Shown one piece after another: positions 29,143 to 39,734 of a stretch of 64,000 nucleotides of DNA; within the stretch, counting starts at the first letter, position 1; every line of letters starts with the position of its first letter. A program made the translations under genes and the position numbers. The DNA comes from an uncultured archaeon A07HR67. Lineage in GTDB: Archaea > Halobacteriota > Halobacteria > Halobacteriales > Haloferacaceae. Below the pieces are notes generated by a model, which worked only from the letters and a program-made list of their open reading frames with translations, was not told the DNA's origin and did no database searches. Location of the stretch: positions 462,470-526,469 of the forward strand of contig KI543168.1 in assembly GCA_000496175.1 (NCBI GenBank), given 5' to 3'.

Positions 29143-29643
29143 TCAGAACCCGACCCGGCGCACGTAGTTCAGGTCGCGGATCTCGACGAGCAGGGCTCCG
29201 GAGAGGTCGGCGTCGGTGATGACGTAGAGTTTGGGGTCGTCGGTGAACTCCGGGTCCTCGCTCAACACCTGTCGGATCGAGACCCCGTGGTCGGCGAGAA
29301 TCCCGGTGACCTCGGCGACGATTCCGGCCTCGTCCGCCTCTGCGACCTCGATCGTGAGAACAGTGAGGTCGAGAACGGGAGCCAGATCCATCAGACTCGG
29401 CACCGACGAGATGTTGGTGAAGATGCGTTTCAGCTCGGGGTCCGCTAAGATCGCGTCGGTCGTCGAATCGACGACGCGTCGGTCGACGTCAAGCTCGCGG
29501 GCGATCCCCGTGTACGGAATCTCGATTCCGCCGGAGACGACCCGCCCGTCCTCGTTGACCGAGAAGCCGCGTTCCAAGAACACCCGGATGACGGCCTGTT
29601 GGCTGGGGGACCCCTCGAACTTTTCGAGGATCTCGTCGAACAT
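29143..29643 (-). CDS. ACT-domain regulator of amino-acid metabolism
   Basis: N-terminal HTH-like region plus ACT-like GIVAEVTGILADHGVSIRQV. Confidence 0.85.
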   Translation of the reverse strand: MFDEILEKFEGSPSQQAVIRVFLERGFSVNEDGRVVSGGIEIPYTGIARELDVDRRVVDSTTDAILADPELKRIFTNISSVPSLMDLAPVLDLTVLTIEVAEADEAGIVAEVTGILADHGVSIRQVLSEDPEFTDDPKLYVITDADLSGALLVEIRDLNYVRRVGF

Positions 29644-29713
29644 TCGTTCGTGCGGATGCTCGCCGCGTGCCGATAAAAAGCCAGGTGGCCGGAAGGCGGT
29701 GCGGCGCGGCGCG

Positions 29714-30190
29714 TCACTCGGCGACGCCGGCGTAGACGCCGCCGAGAACGGCGCCGAACACCAGGTGGCCGGCCGCGCTCAACGCGCTGATGTTGGGCAG
29801 CGGCGGGGTAGCGGGAGAGCCGACGGCGGGAAGCCAGATCGGCATCACGATCACCGCGAGACCGACCCAGACCACGAGCCCGTAGGCGCCGCCGATGCCG
29901 ATCGCCTTCCCGACGGTGTCGCCGAGGTCGGGTCGAACCCCGAGGAGTGCGGCGAAGCCGACGCCGATGACGGCGCCGTGAGACATATGGACGACCCAGC
30001 CGAGAAACGGCGCCGCGGGCGGGGCGAGCCCGTACATCGACGGAATCACGACGTCTAAGAGGGGAGCCGGAATGACGAACGCCATCACGAGTCCGAAGAC
30101 GACGCCGCCGGCGAGCCCTCCGGCGACGCCCGCCTTCCAGTCGCCCGTCGCGTTCGATACGTCCGTCGTCGTCGCGGTTTCGGTTGCCAT
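29714..30190 (-). CDS. Gly-rich 4-TM membrane protein
   Basis: MATETATT...; GWVVHMSHG and GHLVFG helices. Confidence 0.78.
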   Translation of the reverse strand: MATETATTTDVSNATGDWKAGVAGGLAGGVVFGLVMAFVIPAPLLDVVIPSMYGLAPPAAPFLGWVVHMSHGAVIGVGFAALLGVRPDLGDTVGKAIGIGGAYGLVVWVGLAVIVMPIWLPAVGSPATPPLPNISALSAAGHLVFGAVLGGVYAGVAE

Positions 30191-30435
30191 AGCAGTCGGG
30201 CCGTCGGGGGGTAACCGGTAATGGATGCCGGTAGCTGGCGCTCTGTGCGCACGCTTGCGGAACGTATAAATATCTTGAATCGACGACGCGCGAGACTGCG
30301 CCGGTCGCCGAGACGGGCGGCACCACGTTCTCGACCGGCCCCGTCGAACGGGCGACTCGCAGGCGACGGGCCGCGAGCGACCACTTTCGCCGAGGGACCC
30401 GACTCCTTTTGCCCAATGCGACCGAAGATACGGGC

Positions 30436-32619
30436 GTGTCAGGATCGTCGCATCTGCGGTTCTTCCCGTACGAGGAGCCGTATCCGAACCAGCGCGAGGC
30501 GATGGACCGGGTCGCCAACGCGCTCTCGCGGGACCAAGACGTGTTGTTCGAGGGAGCACCGGGGACCGGCAAGACGCTCTCGGCGCTCGTGCCCGCGCTC
30601 GAACACGCACGCGAGAACGACCGAACGGTGGTCATCACGACGAACGTCCACCAGCAGATGCGCCAGTTCGTCGAAGACGCCCGCGCGATCACCCGAACCG
30701 AACCCATCCGCGCGGTCGTGTTCAAGGGAAAATCCTCGATGTGTCACATCGGCGTCGAGTATCAGGAGTGTCAGACGCTCCGAGACACCACCCGGTCGAT
30801 GGCCGAGACCGAGTCGGACAAACGCGAGCTCGAACGGCGCCAGCGCGAGCTGCTCGCAGAAAGCCGAGACGGCGACGCGGGGGCCGCGGCGGCGCGACAG
30901 ACGGTCATGGACGAACTCGACGAGCTCGAAGACGAACTCGAAGCGATCGAAGCCGCGAACGTCTGTGACCACTACTACAACAACCTGACCCGGGACACCG
31001 ACGCGTTCTTTGAGTGGCTCTTCGAGGACGTGCGGACCCCTGACGACGTCTACGAGTACGCCGACGAACGCGACCTCTGTGGCTACGAGCTGTTGAAAGA
31101 CGGGATGGAGGGCGTCGACCTGGTGGTGTGTAACTACCACCACCTGCTCGATCCGACCATCCGCGAACAGTTCTTTCGGTGGATCGACCGCGACCCGAGC
31201 GACATACTCACCGTCTTCGACGAGGCACACAACGTGGAGGACGCCGCCCGTGACCACGCCTCCCGGTCGCTGACCGAACGTACCGTCGATGCCGCCCTGG
31301 AGGAGCTCGCCGACAGCGATGATTCCCGCGCCGACCCCGCTAAGAACGTGCTGTCGGCGTTCCGTGACGCCCTGGTGGAGGCGTACGACGACGCACTCGG
31401 GTTCGGCGGGCGCGAGTCGGTGACCGAGTCCTGGAAGGACGTCTCGGTGGCCAACGACGACCGACGCGACGACCTCACGCTCGCGTTCCTCGACCGATAC
31501 GAGGGGGACGGGATCGACGCCGAACTCGAGCTCGCGGTCCAGCTCGGGACGGCGCTCGACGAGGAGTACGAACGGGCGTACCGCGAGGGCGAGACGACGA
31601 GCCGAACGGAGTGTCAAACGCTTCAGGCCGCGCGGTTCGTTTCGACGTGGATGGACGAAGGCGCCTCGCTCGGCCAACACCCGGTCGTCTCCGTGCGGCG
31701 CGACCGGAGCACCAACGAGGTGTACGGCCGCGCCGAGTTGTACACCTGTATTCCGCGGGCGGTCACGTCGGCGTTGTTCGACGAGGTCGCCGCCTCCGTG
31801 CTGATGAGCGCGACGCTCCGGCCGTTCGACGTGACAGAGAACGTGCTCGGGGTCGAAGACCCTGCCACCCTCGCGTACGAGATGGACTACCCCGAGGCGA
31901 ACCGGCGGACGTACGCCGTCGACACGCCGCCGTTGTTCGCGTCCGAGCGCACCGATCCGGCGACACAGGAGGCAGTGTCGGGAGTGCTCCGCGACGCGAT
32001 TCGGTTCACGCCGGGAAACACGCTCGTGTTCTTCCCGTCGTACAGCGAGGCGGAACGCTACCACGAGCGGCTCGGCGGGGGGCGCGGAGCCAGCGACCGC
32101 GGATCGTTGTACCTCGACGGGAGCGAGAAGGACGAAGAACGGCTCCGCCGAACGTTCGCCGCGAGCGACGACGCAGCGCTTTTCACCTCAGTGTGGGGAA
32201 CGCTCGCGGAGGGGGTGAGCTTCGACGGCGACGACGCCCGAACGGTCGTCGTGGTGGGGGTTCCGTATCCGCACCTCTCCGACCGGATGGAGGCGGTCCA
32301 AGACGCGTACGACCGGGCGTTCGCCGACCGCGACCGGGCGCGCGATCCGGGGTGGGCGTACGCCGTCGAGGTTCCGACGGTCCGGAAGACGCGACAGGCG
32401 TTGGGCCGGGTGATCCGGGGGCCGGACGAGTTCGGCGTCCGGGTGCTCGTCGACCGGCGATACACGACCGCGGACATGGGAAAATACTCCGTGCGGGGCG
32501 CGTTTCCGCCGGAGGAGCGCGCAGAACTGCTCGACATCGACGCGGCGAAGCTGAAGTTCGGCATGCTGAACTTCTACGGCGACCACGACGCGTACGGCGG
32601 ATCGCCGCCGGAGCCGTGA
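30436..32619 (+). CDS. XPD/Rad3-family Fe-S DNA helicase
   Basis: Q motif YPNQ, GAPGTGKT, four Cys, DEAH, SAT, QALGRVIR; start approximate. Confidence 0.93.
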   Translation: MSGSSHLRFFPYEEPYPNQREAMDRVANALSRDQDVLFEGAPGTGKTLSALVPALEHARENDRTVVITTNVHQQMRQFVEDARAITRTEPIRAVVFKGKSSMCHIGVEYQECQTLRDTTRSMAETESDKRELERRQRELLAESRDGDAGAAAARQTVMDELDELEDELEAIEAANVCDHYYNNLTRDTDAFFEWLFEDVRTPDDVYEYADERDLCGYELLKDGMEGVDLVVCNYHHLLDPTIREQFFRWIDRDPSDILTVFDEAHNVEDAARDHASRSLTERTVDAALEELADSDDSRADPAKNVLSAFRDALVEAYDDALGFGGRESVTESWKDVSVANDDRRDDLTLAFLDRYEGDGIDAELELAVQLGTALDEEYERAYREGETTSRTECQTLQAARFVSTWMDEGASLGQHPVVSVRRDRSTNEVYGRAELYTCIPRAVTSALFDEVAASVLMSATLRPFDVTENVLGVEDPATLAYEMDYPEANRRTYAVDTPPLFASERTDPATQEAVSGVLRDAIRFTPGNTLVFFPSYSEAERYHERLGGGRGASDRGSLYLDGSEKDEERLRRTFAASDDAALFTSVWGTLAEGVSFDGDDARTVVVVGVPYPHLSDRMEAVQDAYDRAFADRDRARDPGWAYAVEVPTVRKTRQALGRVIRGPDEFGVRVLVDRRYTTADMGKYSVRGAFPPEERAELLDIDAAKLKFGMLNFYGDHDAYGGSPPEP

Positions 32620-32644
32620 GTCCGGTCGCGACGCGGGACCGCGC

Positions 32645-33004
32645 TCACGTCGGGCGCGTCGAAAACAGGAGGGCGATGCCGGCGACCACGACCCCGACAA
32701 GAACGGTGACGGCGGCGTGGATGACGGTCATGACGGCGACGATACGCGGCTCCTGTTCGTAGCTCCACCGAAACATGGCGGCGTCGAGCAGGAGCGCGAC
32801 CGTCACCGTCACCGCCGCCGGCACGGCAAAGCCGCCGCCGACGACGCTGACGACCGCCGGAAGCGGACCGACGTACAACGCACGGCGTGCGTCGACGTCG
32901 CCGAGGACGTTGCGGGCGGCCACGTGGGCGGTGACAGAAAGGAACACCGCGAACAGGACGGTCGTCACGAGCACAGAGACCGGCGTCACCGTCTGGGCGA
33001 GCAT
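32645..33004 (-). CDS. Small membrane protein
   Basis: About 4 hydrophobic helices, HVAARNVLG. Confidence 0.75.
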   Translation of the reverse strand: MLAQTVTPVSVLVTTVLFAVFLSVTAHVAARNVLGDVDARRALYVGPLPAVVSVVGGGFAVPAAVTVTVALLLDAAMFRWSYEQEPRIVAVMTVIHAAVTVLVGVVVAGIALLFSTRPT

Positions 33005-33081
33005 GCGTCCTCTACGCGGGGGTGAGTAAAATCATCGACGGGATCGGGCGAGACCGGGTCGTGGGAGGCCGGCACACGGAG

Positions 33082-33642
33082 TCAGTCGAGCAGTCCGAGC
33101 CCCGAGAGCTCCTCGACGATGACGTCGACGGCCGCCGCCGCGTCGGCGGGGTCGGTGCCGCCGGTGACGACGAGTTTGCCGCTGCCGAAGAGCAGCGCGA
33201 CGACGTCGGGGCTGTCGATCCGGTAGACCAGTCCGGGGAACTGTTCCGGCTCGTACTCGATGTGTTCGAGGCCGAGCCCGATAGCGATCGCGTTGAGATT
33301 GAGATCTTGGCCCAGGTCGGCGGAGGTGACGATGTTCTGGACCGTGATGTCGGGGTCGTCCTCGATCGGTATCCGGAGGTCACGGAGCTTCTCGAAGACG
33401 ATGGCGAGGCTCTCGTGGACCGCGTCCGTGGAGTTCGCGCCGGTACAGACGATTTTGCCGGATCGAAAGATGAGCGCCGCCGACTTCGGCTCCGTGGTCC
33501 GGTAGACGAGCCCGGGAAACTGTTCGGGGTCGTAATCGGCACCCTCGAGATCCATCGCGACGCTTTGAAGATCGAGCTCCTGTCCGATCCCGGTGGAGGC
33601 GACGACGTTTTCTATCGTAATCGTTTCTTTCGGATCAGCCAT
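33082..33642 (-). CDS. tbp: TATA-binding protein
   Basis: Two repeats with YxPEQFPGLVYR and FxSGK. Confidence 0.98.
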   Translation of the reverse strand: MADPKETITIENVVASTGIGQELDLQSVAMDLEGADYDPEQFPGLVYRTTEPKSAALIFRSGKIVCTGANSTDAVHESLAIVFEKLRDLRIPIEDDPDITVQNIVTSADLGQDLNLNAIAIGLGLEHIEYEPEQFPGLVYRIDSPDVVALLFGSGKLVVTGGTDPADAAAAVDVIVEELSGLGLLD

Positions 33643-33746
33643 TCCTGCGAATACAGAGCAGTCGGGGGGTTAAAACGGTTGGTAGCCGCCGCCGACCGCC
33701 GGCGGGATCCGCCACCCTCATGCGGCGGGGTCCCGCAGTCGCTCGT

Positions 33747-34784
33747 GTGTACTGGCTCGAGTTAGCGGGGGAGACGGACGCGTTCGCGGCCTGTGAGGCG
33801 GCGACGGCGGCGGCCGGCGTCGAACTGCTCGCGCCGGGAATCGCGGGCGCCGGGAGCGTCGGGCCGGGGGTGACCCGGCTGGCGTACACCCGCGCCGCCC
33901 ACGCGGCCGTCGCCCGGACCGACGCGGCGGTCGCGCCCGCTGTCGCGGCACTCGAAGCCGCCCCGCTCGACCGACGTGGGAGCGTCGCGGTGCGCGCACG
34001 AAACGTCCGCAACACGGCCGCCGTCTCCACGGCGCGTGCGGAACGCAAGCTCGGACGCGTCCTCGTCGACCGCGGCTTCGCCGTCGACCTCGACGATCCC
34101 GACCACGTCCTGCGTGCGTTGTTCGCCGCCGGGCCACGCGCCGACCACGACGCCGTCGCCGGGGCGGACGGCGAGACGGCCGCCGTGTGCGTGCTTGGCT
34201 GGGTCGAACACGAACCCGCCCGCGAGTTCGCACCGGCCCCCACCGACCGCCCCTTCTTCCAGCCGGGGAGTATGGCCCCCGCAGACGCCCGGGCGTACGT
34301 CAATCTCGCCGGCGCGGCTCCCGGGCGAACGCTTCTGGATCCGATGTGTGGCACCGGGGGGCTCCCGCTGGAGGCGGTCCTCGTCGGCGCCGACGCGATC
34401 GGCTGTGACGCCCAGCCGAAGATGGTGCGCGGAGCCCGCGAGAACCTCCGGGCGCACGCGGACCCGCCCGACGGCCGCGGTGGCGGGTCGTGGGGCGTCC
34501 TCGGCGGCGACGCGGCCGACCTGCCCCTCGTCGACGACGCGGTCGACGGCGTGGTGTTCGACGCCCCGTACGGCCGCCAGTCGAAGATCGCTCGCCACGA
34601 ACTCGCCGACCTCGTCGGAGACGCGCTCGCGGAGGCCGCCCGCGTCGCCGACCGCGCAGTCGTCGTCGCCGACCGCGACTGGCGCAGTCTCGCCCGGGCG
34701 GCAGGCTGGAGCGTCGCTGCCGGATTCGAACGCCGAGTTCACCGGTCGTTGACGAGACACGTCCTGGTCACCCGGCGGAAGTGA
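33747..34784 (+). CDS. THUMP-domain tRNA m2G10 methyltransferase (Trm11-like)
   Basis: RPFFQPGSM, LDPMCGTGG, DAPYG, HRSLTR. Confidence 0.88.
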   Translation: MYWLELAGETDAFAACEAATAAAGVELLAPGIAGAGSVGPGVTRLAYTRAAHAAVARTDAAVAPAVAALEAAPLDRRGSVAVRARNVRNTAAVSTARAERKLGRVLVDRGFAVDLDDPDHVLRALFAAGPRADHDAVAGADGETAAVCVLGWVEHEPAREFAPAPTDRPFFQPGSMAPADARAYVNLAGAAPGRTLLDPMCGTGGLPLEAVLVGADAIGCDAQPKMVRGARENLRAHADPPDGRGGGSWGVLGGDAADLPLVDDAVDGVVFDAPYGRQSKIARHELADLVGDALAEAARVADRAVVVADRDWRSLARAAGWSVAAGFERRVHRSLTRHVLVTRRK

Positions 34785-34917
34785 GTCGGCCGGCAGAGCG
34801 GCGTGAGAGTGAAACCGAACGGCCGGGTATCGGGAGCCATGACGGCTCTCGGACTCGCGTTCAGTTTCGCCCCGGTTGCGGGCAACGGTTAAGTGGGCAG
34901 CGTGAGGTGATTGCTCC

Positions 34918-36045
34918 ATGCCCGGGGACGCCGACGACGACATGCTCTCGTGGGACGAGTCGGTGTTCCGCGAGGAGTCGGTGTTCGAAATCGACCACGT
35001 GCCCGAGACGTTCCGCCACCGCGAGAGCCAACTCGAGAACCTCAAGTACGCTCTCCGGCCGGCCGTTCGGGGCTCCCGCCCGCTCAACACGGTCGTTCGC
35101 GGCCCGCCCGGCACGGGCAAGACCACGGCGGTCCAGAAGCTCTTCGCCGAACTACGCGCCCGCACGGAGGTGCGGACGGTTCGCGTGAACTGCCAGGTCG
35201 ATTCCACGCGGTACGCCGTCTTCTCCCGGCTGTTCGAGGGAATCTTCGAGTACGAGCCGCCCTCCTCGGGAATCTCGTTCAAGAAGCTGTTCGGACAGAT
35301 CGCCGACCGGCTCGTCGAGGACGACGAGGTGCTCGTGGTCGCGCTCGACGACGTGAACTACCTGTTTTACGAGAACGAGGCCTCCGACACCCTCTACTCG
35401 TTGTTGCGCGCCCACGAGGCGCACTCGGGAGCGAAGATCGGCGTGATCGTGGTCTCCTCGGACCTCTCGCTCGACGTCATCGACGACCTCGACGGCCGGG
35501 TCCAATCGGTGTTCCGTCCCGAAGAAGTGTACTTTCCGGTGTACGACGCCCGAGAAATTTCCGACATTCTCAGCGAGCGCGCGAAACGCGGCTTCCACGA
35601 CGGCGTGATCGGCGACGCGGAGTTGGACCGGATCGCCGAACTGACCGCCGAGAGCGGCGACCTCCGGGTGGGTATCGACCTGCTCCGGCGGGCGGGGCTC
35701 AACGCCGAGATGCGCGCCTCGAAGACGATCACGACAGAGGACGTCGAGTCCGCCTACGACAAGTCGAAACACGTCCACCTCTCGCGGTCGCTTCAGGGGC
35801 TCTCGGCGTCGGAGCGCGCGCTCGTCCGGGTGCTCGCCGCCAACGACGGCGAGCGCGCGGGAACGGTGTACGAGTCGTTCCACGAGGAGACGGAGCTCGG
35901 CTACACCCGCTACTCGGAGATCATCAACAAGCTCGACCAGCTCGGAGTGATAGACGCGGAGTACGCCGACGTCGAGGGGCGAGGCCGCTCCCGCGAGCTC
36001 TCGTTGGCGTACGACGCCGACGCGGTGCTCGAACGGCTGGAGTGA
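34918..36045 (+). CDS. orc1: Orc1/Cdc6 family protein
   Basis: HRESQ, GPPGTGKT, VNC, GDLR, C-terminal wHTH GRGR. Confidence 0.94.
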   Translation: MPGDADDDMLSWDESVFREESVFEIDHVPETFRHRESQLENLKYALRPAVRGSRPLNTVVRGPPGTGKTTAVQKLFAELRARTEVRTVRVNCQVDSTRYAVFSRLFEGIFEYEPPSSGISFKKLFGQIADRLVEDDEVLVVALDDVNYLFYENEASDTLYSLLRAHEAHSGAKIGVIVVSSDLSLDVIDDLDGRVQSVFRPEEVYFPVYDAREISDILSERAKRGFHDGVIGDAELDRIAELTAESGDLRVGIDLLRRAGLNAEMRASKTITTEDVESAYDKSKHVHLSRSLQGLSASERALVRVLAANDGERAGTVYESFHEETELGYTRYSEIINKLDQLGVIDAEYADVEGRGRSRELSLAYDADAVLERLE

Positions 36046-36088
36046 ACGGGCCGACGGCTTTTCAACTCCCCCGCACGCACCGGGGAAC

Positions 36089-36802
36089 ATGAAGACGAGC
36101 GGCGGCAGCGATGCGGCGAAGCGGCGCGCCGGCGAGTCGGCGGCCGAGGTCGTCGACGACGGCAGCGTCGTCGGCCTCGGCACCGGGTCGACGGCGGCAC
36201 ACGCGATCCGTCGGCTCGGCGACCGCGTCGACGCCGGCCTCGACGTGCGGGGCGTGGCCACCTCGTTCGCGAGCCGCGAACTCGCCGTCGACCACGGAAT
36301 CCCGCTCGTCGGCCTCGACGAGGCCGTCGGTCCGGACGGACCCGGAATCGACGTGGCGATCGACGGCGCGGACCAGGTCGCCGCCGGTGACGACTCGAGC
36401 GCGCTCCTCAAGGGGGGCGGCGCGGCACACGCCCGCGAGAAGCTGGTCGACACGGCAGCCGACCGGCTGCTCGTCGTCGTCGATCCCTCGAAGGAGACGG
36501 GCGTGCTCGACGGCGCAGTGCCGGTAGAGGTGTTGCCGGACGGCCGGTCGGTTGTCGCCGAAGCGGTGCGGGCGGCCGGCGGAGAACCGGCGCTCCGGCG
36601 GGCAGAACGGAAGGACGGGCCGGTGATCACCGACAACGGACACGTCGTGCTGGATTGTGCGTTCGGGCCGATTCCGGAGCCGGGATCGCTGGCGGCGACG
36701 CTCGCCGGAATCCCCGGCGTCGTCGAACACGGGTTGTTCGTCGGACTCGCCGACGCGGTTCACGTCGGGACGGCCGACGGCGTGTGCGTGCGTGAGCCGT
36801 AG
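36089..36802 (+). CDS. rpiA: Ribose-5-phosphate isomerase A
   Basis: GLGTGST, DGAD, KGGGAA, GVVEHGLF. Confidence 0.96.
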   Translation: MKTSGGSDAAKRRAGESAAEVVDDGSVVGLGTGSTAAHAIRRLGDRVDAGLDVRGVATSFASRELAVDHGIPLVGLDEAVGPDGPGIDVAIDGADQVAAGDDSSALLKGGGAAHAREKLVDTAADRLLVVVDPSKETGVLDGAVPVEVLPDGRSVVAEAVRAAGGEPALRRAERKDGPVITDNGHVVLDCAFGPIPEPGSLAATLAGIPGVVEHGLFVGLADAVHVGTADGVCVREP

Positions 36803-36865
36803 TCGTCGCTGTCGGCGGGCCGGGCCGAGTCGAAGGCGAAATAAAAAACGGAGCTTGTAGACGCC

Positions 36866-37033
36866 TTACAGGTCGCGAGGCTGGACCGTCTTTCGGTCGT
36901 TGGCCTCGGCGCGGCGTGCGGCGTCTTCGAGCAACTCGTCCACTTCGTCGTCCAACGCGTCGTAGAAGTCCGAAGCGACGTTCTTGTCGTCTAGCGCTTC
37001 CTTGACCGCCGCTTTGACAATGAGGTCTGCCAT
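36866..37033 (-). CDS. Histone-fold small protein (DUF1931-like), 55 aa
   Basis: MADLIVKAAVKEALDDKNVASDFYDALDDEVDELLEDAARRAEANDRKTVQPRDL; TTATTAA TATA upstream, T-tract downstream. Confidence 0.88.
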   Translation of the reverse strand: MADLIVKAAVKEALDDKNVASDFYDALDDEVDELLEDAARRAEANDRKTVQPRDL

Positions 37034-37205
37034 GCGATCGGAGGTATCCGGCGATAGTTAATAAGAGTTCCTGAATTCGCCCGCGAGGAGCGTCGTGCGG
37101 GCGGTTCGCGGCGGGTAGGCCGAGAGCCAGTATATATGTTTTGTGGAGCGGCGGCGACGAGGACGGATCGACGGCTACGAATCCGTGGGTCCCGAGGCAG
37201 CGACC

Positions 37206-38006
37206 ATGCGCGACGAAGAGCAGACCGGGGCGGACGGAACTGACACGCGGGCGGTGCTTGAGGCGCTCGCAGCCGGAGAAATCAGTGTTGCGGAGGCGGA
37301 GTCTCGGATCGCGGGCTACGCCACGACGGCTGCGGGACGGTTCGACGCCGACCGCGAGCGGCGACGCGGAATCCCGGAGGCGGTGCTCGCCGAGGGGAAG
37401 CGACCGGCAGAGACCGCGGCGCTGGCCACGACCGCTCTGGAAACGACGGGTCGGGCGGTCGTGACCCGCGCCGACTCCGCCCACGCGGCGGCGGTCCTGG
37501 ACGCGGTAGGAGCGGCTGCGCCGGACGCGTCGATCGACCACGACGAGACGACCCGCACCGTGGTGGTTCACGCGGCGGGGTTCGAGCCGCCGTCGCTCGA
37601 CGCGACCGTGACGGTCGTCGCCGGCGGGACCGCGGACGCGCCGGTCGCCGGGGAGGCGGCCGTCGTCGCCCGCGAGATTGGCGCGACGGTCGACCGAATC
37701 GCCGACGTCGGCGTGGCGAACCTCGACCGGGTGCTCGACCAGCTCGACCGGATCCGCGAGGCCGACGTCGTCGTCGTCGCCGCCGGCCGCGAGGGGGCGC
37801 TCTCGACGGTGCTCGCGGGGCTGGTCGCCGCCCCTGTCATCGCGGTGCCGGTCTCGGCGGGATACGGCGCGGGCGGCGCGGGAACGGCCGCGTTGTACGG
37901 GGCGCTCCAATCGTGTACCGTCCTCACGACGGTGAACGTCGACGCCGGCTTCGTCGCCGGCGCGCAGGCGGGGCTGATCGCTCGGGCGGTCGACGCCGGC
38001 GACTGA
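37206..38006 (+). CDS. larB: LarB / PurE-like carboxylase
   Basis: [30 protein letters not shown]. Confidence 0.88.
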   Translation: MRDEEQTGADGTDTRAVLEALAAGEISVAEAESRIAGYATTAAGRFDADRERRRGIPEAVLAEGKRPAETAALATTALETTGRAVVTRADSAHAAAVLDAVGAAAPDASIDHDETTRTVVVHAAGFEPPSLDATVTVVAGGTADAPVAGEAAVVAREIGATVDRIADVGVANLDRVLDQLDRIREADVVVVAAGREGALSTVLAGLVAAPVIAVPVSAGYGAGGAGTAALYGALQSCTVLTTVNVDAGFVAGAQAGLIARAVDAGD

Positions 38007-38008
38007 CC

Positions 38009-38257
38009 GTGGCGGACCACTACGTGTACGTGCTCGAGTGTGCCGACGGCACCCTCTACACCGGGTACACGACTGACGTGGATCGGCGCGTCGCCGAGCA
38101 CGACGCCGGCGAGGGAGCCAAATACACCCGCGGGCGGACGCCGGTGACGCTCCGGCACGTCGAGTCGTTCGAGTCGCGGTCGGCCGCGATGTCGCGAGAA
38201 CACGCCATCAAGTCGTTATCGCGCCGCGAGAAGGAACGGCTGATCGGCGAGGAGTGA
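38009..38257 (+). CDS. GIY-YIG nuclease family (UPF0213)
   Basis: [30 protein letters not shown]. Confidence 0.9.
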   Translation: MADHYVYVLECADGTLYTGYTTDVDRRVAEHDAGEGAKYTRGRTPVTLRHVESFESRSAAMSREHAIKSLSRREKERLIGEE

Positions 38258-38262
38258 GCCGG

Positions 38263-39153
38263 CTACGCCACCAGCCGCTCAATTTCGGTGACGAGGATGC
38301 CGCTCGCGCCGACCGTCTTCAGCTCCGAGATGGTCGCGAACACGTCGCGCTCCTCGACGACCGCGTGGACCGCGACGGTCTCTGTGCCGGTCTCGTCGGC
38401 CTCGACGTTCATCACCGTCGGGCCGCCGAGCCCGGGGATGACGTCTTTTACCTGATCGAGGCGCGATTTGGGTACGTTCATCATCAGGTACCGGCGGCCG
38501 TCGGCCGCGAGCACCGACTCGAAGGCGGTCAGCACTTGGGTGACCTTGTCGGCGGCGGCGACGTCCGGGTGGGCGAACAACCGCACCGACGAGTCGAGCA
38601 CGTCGTCGATCACGGCGAGGCGGTTCACCTTCAGCGTGGTCCCCGTCGAGGTGATGTCGACGATGGCGTCGGCCATGTCGACGTGCGGGGTGAGCTCGGT
38701 CGCCCCGGTGACGGTGACGACATCGGCGTCGACCCCCACGCGGTCGAGGTAGTCGCGGGTGATGTTCGGAAACTCCGTGGCGATAGTGCCGCCGGCGAGA
38801 CCGTCCACGTGCTCGATCGCGCCGTCCTCCGGCGCCGCGAGGACGAGCCGACAGGAGCCGTAGCCCAAATCGAGCAGGTCGACGAGGTCGCCGTCGACCG
38901 CCGTGTTCGGGTCGTCGGCGACGCCGCCGGACTCCGCGGCCTGGTCGAGGCCGGTGATCCCCACGTCGGCCGCGCCGTCGCGGACGTACTCGGGGATGTC
39001 GGCCGCGCGCGCGAAGAGAATGGACACGTCGGGGTCGACCGTGTCGGCGTACAGCTGGCGGTCGGCGGTCTCCTCGACGTGGAGTCCAGCGCGCTCCAGT
39101 AGCGAGAGCGTCGGCTCGTGAAGGCGGCCCTTGTTGGGGACGGCGATGCGCAT
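38263..39153 (-). CDS. hisG: ATP phosphoribosyltransferase (long form)
   Basis: [26 protein letters not shown]-terminal regulatory domain. Confidence 0.96.
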   Translation of the reverse strand: MRIAVPNKGRLHEPTLSLLERAGLHVEETADRQLYADTVDPDVSILFARAADIPEYVRDGAADVGITGLDQAAESGGVADDPNTAVDGDLVDLLDLGYGSCRLVLAAPEDGAIEHVDGLAGGTIATEFPNITRDYLDRVGVDADVVTVTGATELTPHVDMADAIVDITSTGTTLKVNRLAVIDDVLDSSVRLFAHPDVAAADKVTQVLTAFESVLAADGRRYLMMNVPKSRLDQVKDVIPGLGGPTVMNVEADETGTETVAVHAVVEERDVFATISELKTVGASGILVTEIERLVA

Positions 39154-39234
39154 ACCGGAGGCTCACGCGGGGAGCGGGAAACGTTTTCGTCCGGAAAGCG
39201 GCGACGAGCAACGACTCGCAGCCGCTCGTAGATC

Positions 39235-39615
39235 AAAAAGCGACGACGCGGTGGCGCGCGCCTCCGAGCGCCCAACGGGCGCGAGGAGCGCGTGCGAGGG
39301 ACGCGGTGAGCGCTCGGAGAGCGCGAACCGCGAGGCTGGGGAGGCGTGAGGTGCGGTCGCCGTGCGGGGCGGGACTCAAAGGGGCAGCCGCGAGGCGGGC
39401 GCAGGCGACGTAAGCACCGCAACGAGGGAGCGAACGCAGTGAGCGACCGAGTGAGGAGCGCAGCGAGCGTGCGCCCGCCTCGCGGCTGGGGCTTTGGAGG
39501 TGTTCGCCGTCGGTCTTCCAGCACCCACAGATAGCCGAGCGGCTGGGGCTTTGGAGGTGTTTGCCGTCGGTCTTCCAGCACCCACATATAACCGATCAAC
39601 TGTGGCTTTGGACAC
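39235..39615. repeat. Structured intergenic repeat with 57-bp tandem units
   Basis: 19-bp perfect IR at 39385-39403 / 39470-39488; units start at 39483, 39540 and (degenerate) 39597. Confidence 0.8.
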
Positions 39616-39734
39616 AACAGCAACCTGCCCTACCTGCCTCGGTCCCGAAACCCGCGAACGTCGACCGTGACGGGAGGGTCGTCGAAGCCGCCGGCCGCGC
39701 CGCTCAAGTGTCTCGCCGCCCAACGAGGCGTATC

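Noticed and set aside
34785-34917. Replication origin beside orc1
   Set aside because: Short GC-rich gap with no ORB/G-string or AT-rich unwinding element
39483-39615. 57-bp repeats as a CRISPR array
   Set aside because: Units are near-identical throughout with no unique spacers, and no cas genes are present
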